DNA of 64,000 bases, taken from the NCBI GenBank assembly GCA_016748015.1, contig JAAOMT010000129.1, positions 124,001-188,000 on the forward strand. The letters are read 5' to 3'. A program made the translations under genes and the position numbers. Origin of the DNA: Geosiphon pyriformis uo1. Taxonomy: Eukaryota > Fungi > Glomeromycota. This document shows positions 63,766-64,000 of this stretch, piece by piece (position 1 is the first letter of the stretch; each line of letters starts with the position of its first letter). The notes beneath the pieces are model-generated. The model saw nothing but the letters and a program-made list of their open reading frames with translations, did not search any database and had not been told where the DNA came from.

Positions 63766-64000
63766 AGAAAGTTTATAAACTAATTTAACTTTCAAAAAAA
63801 TTTCTAAAAAATCTTGTCAACATTTTTTACCATTTACAAAATTTGAAGTAATACATTTCAGAAATGATAAATTTCTTATTTATCTTTCGAATTCTAATTC
63901 TTCATTTCCAAGTTTACAAATTTACATTATTATAGACTTTAAATCCATCTGCATCTGATTCAAATGCATCGAAGTGACATGTGAACCATATATCGAACCA

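Overview
Eukaryotic, AT-rich, intron-rich fungal DNA. Protein families and gene structure point to an early-diverging Mucoromycota/Glomeromycotina fungus; a Geosiphon-like assignment is my unverified impression. The window has three zones. (1) 1-19.8 kb: three diverged, degenerate LINE retrotransposons in head-to-tail array on the minus strand (ORF1 RRM + CCHC; ORF2 APE endonuclease, RT, RNase H, CCHC). Two of them are interrupted by copies of the same TGT...ACA LTR-like element, and all show heavy C:G to T:A decay. (2) 21-54 kb: a dense block of genes: SUZ12, XRCC3/RAD57, an Atg31-like protein, Rieske RIP1, EDE1, a ricin-B/beta-gamma-crystallin/EGF/furin-repeat membrane protein, CENP-W, TLG2, NDUFB10, COQ5, a COG2907-type FAD oxidoreductase, SCD6/LSM14 (hosting an intronic snR52-like C/D snoRNA) and ABZ1. 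(3) 54-64 kb: an extreme AT island, one four-TM orphan gene and microsatellite-rich non-coding DNA. The most notable items are an ATGA stop-start junction conserved in all three LINEs, a probable CCGG target preference of the LTR-like element, a non-CpG RIP-like mutation spectrum confined to repeats, the intronic snoRNA, and the lectin receptor-like protein. Coordinates of spliced genes were read by eye and span introns.
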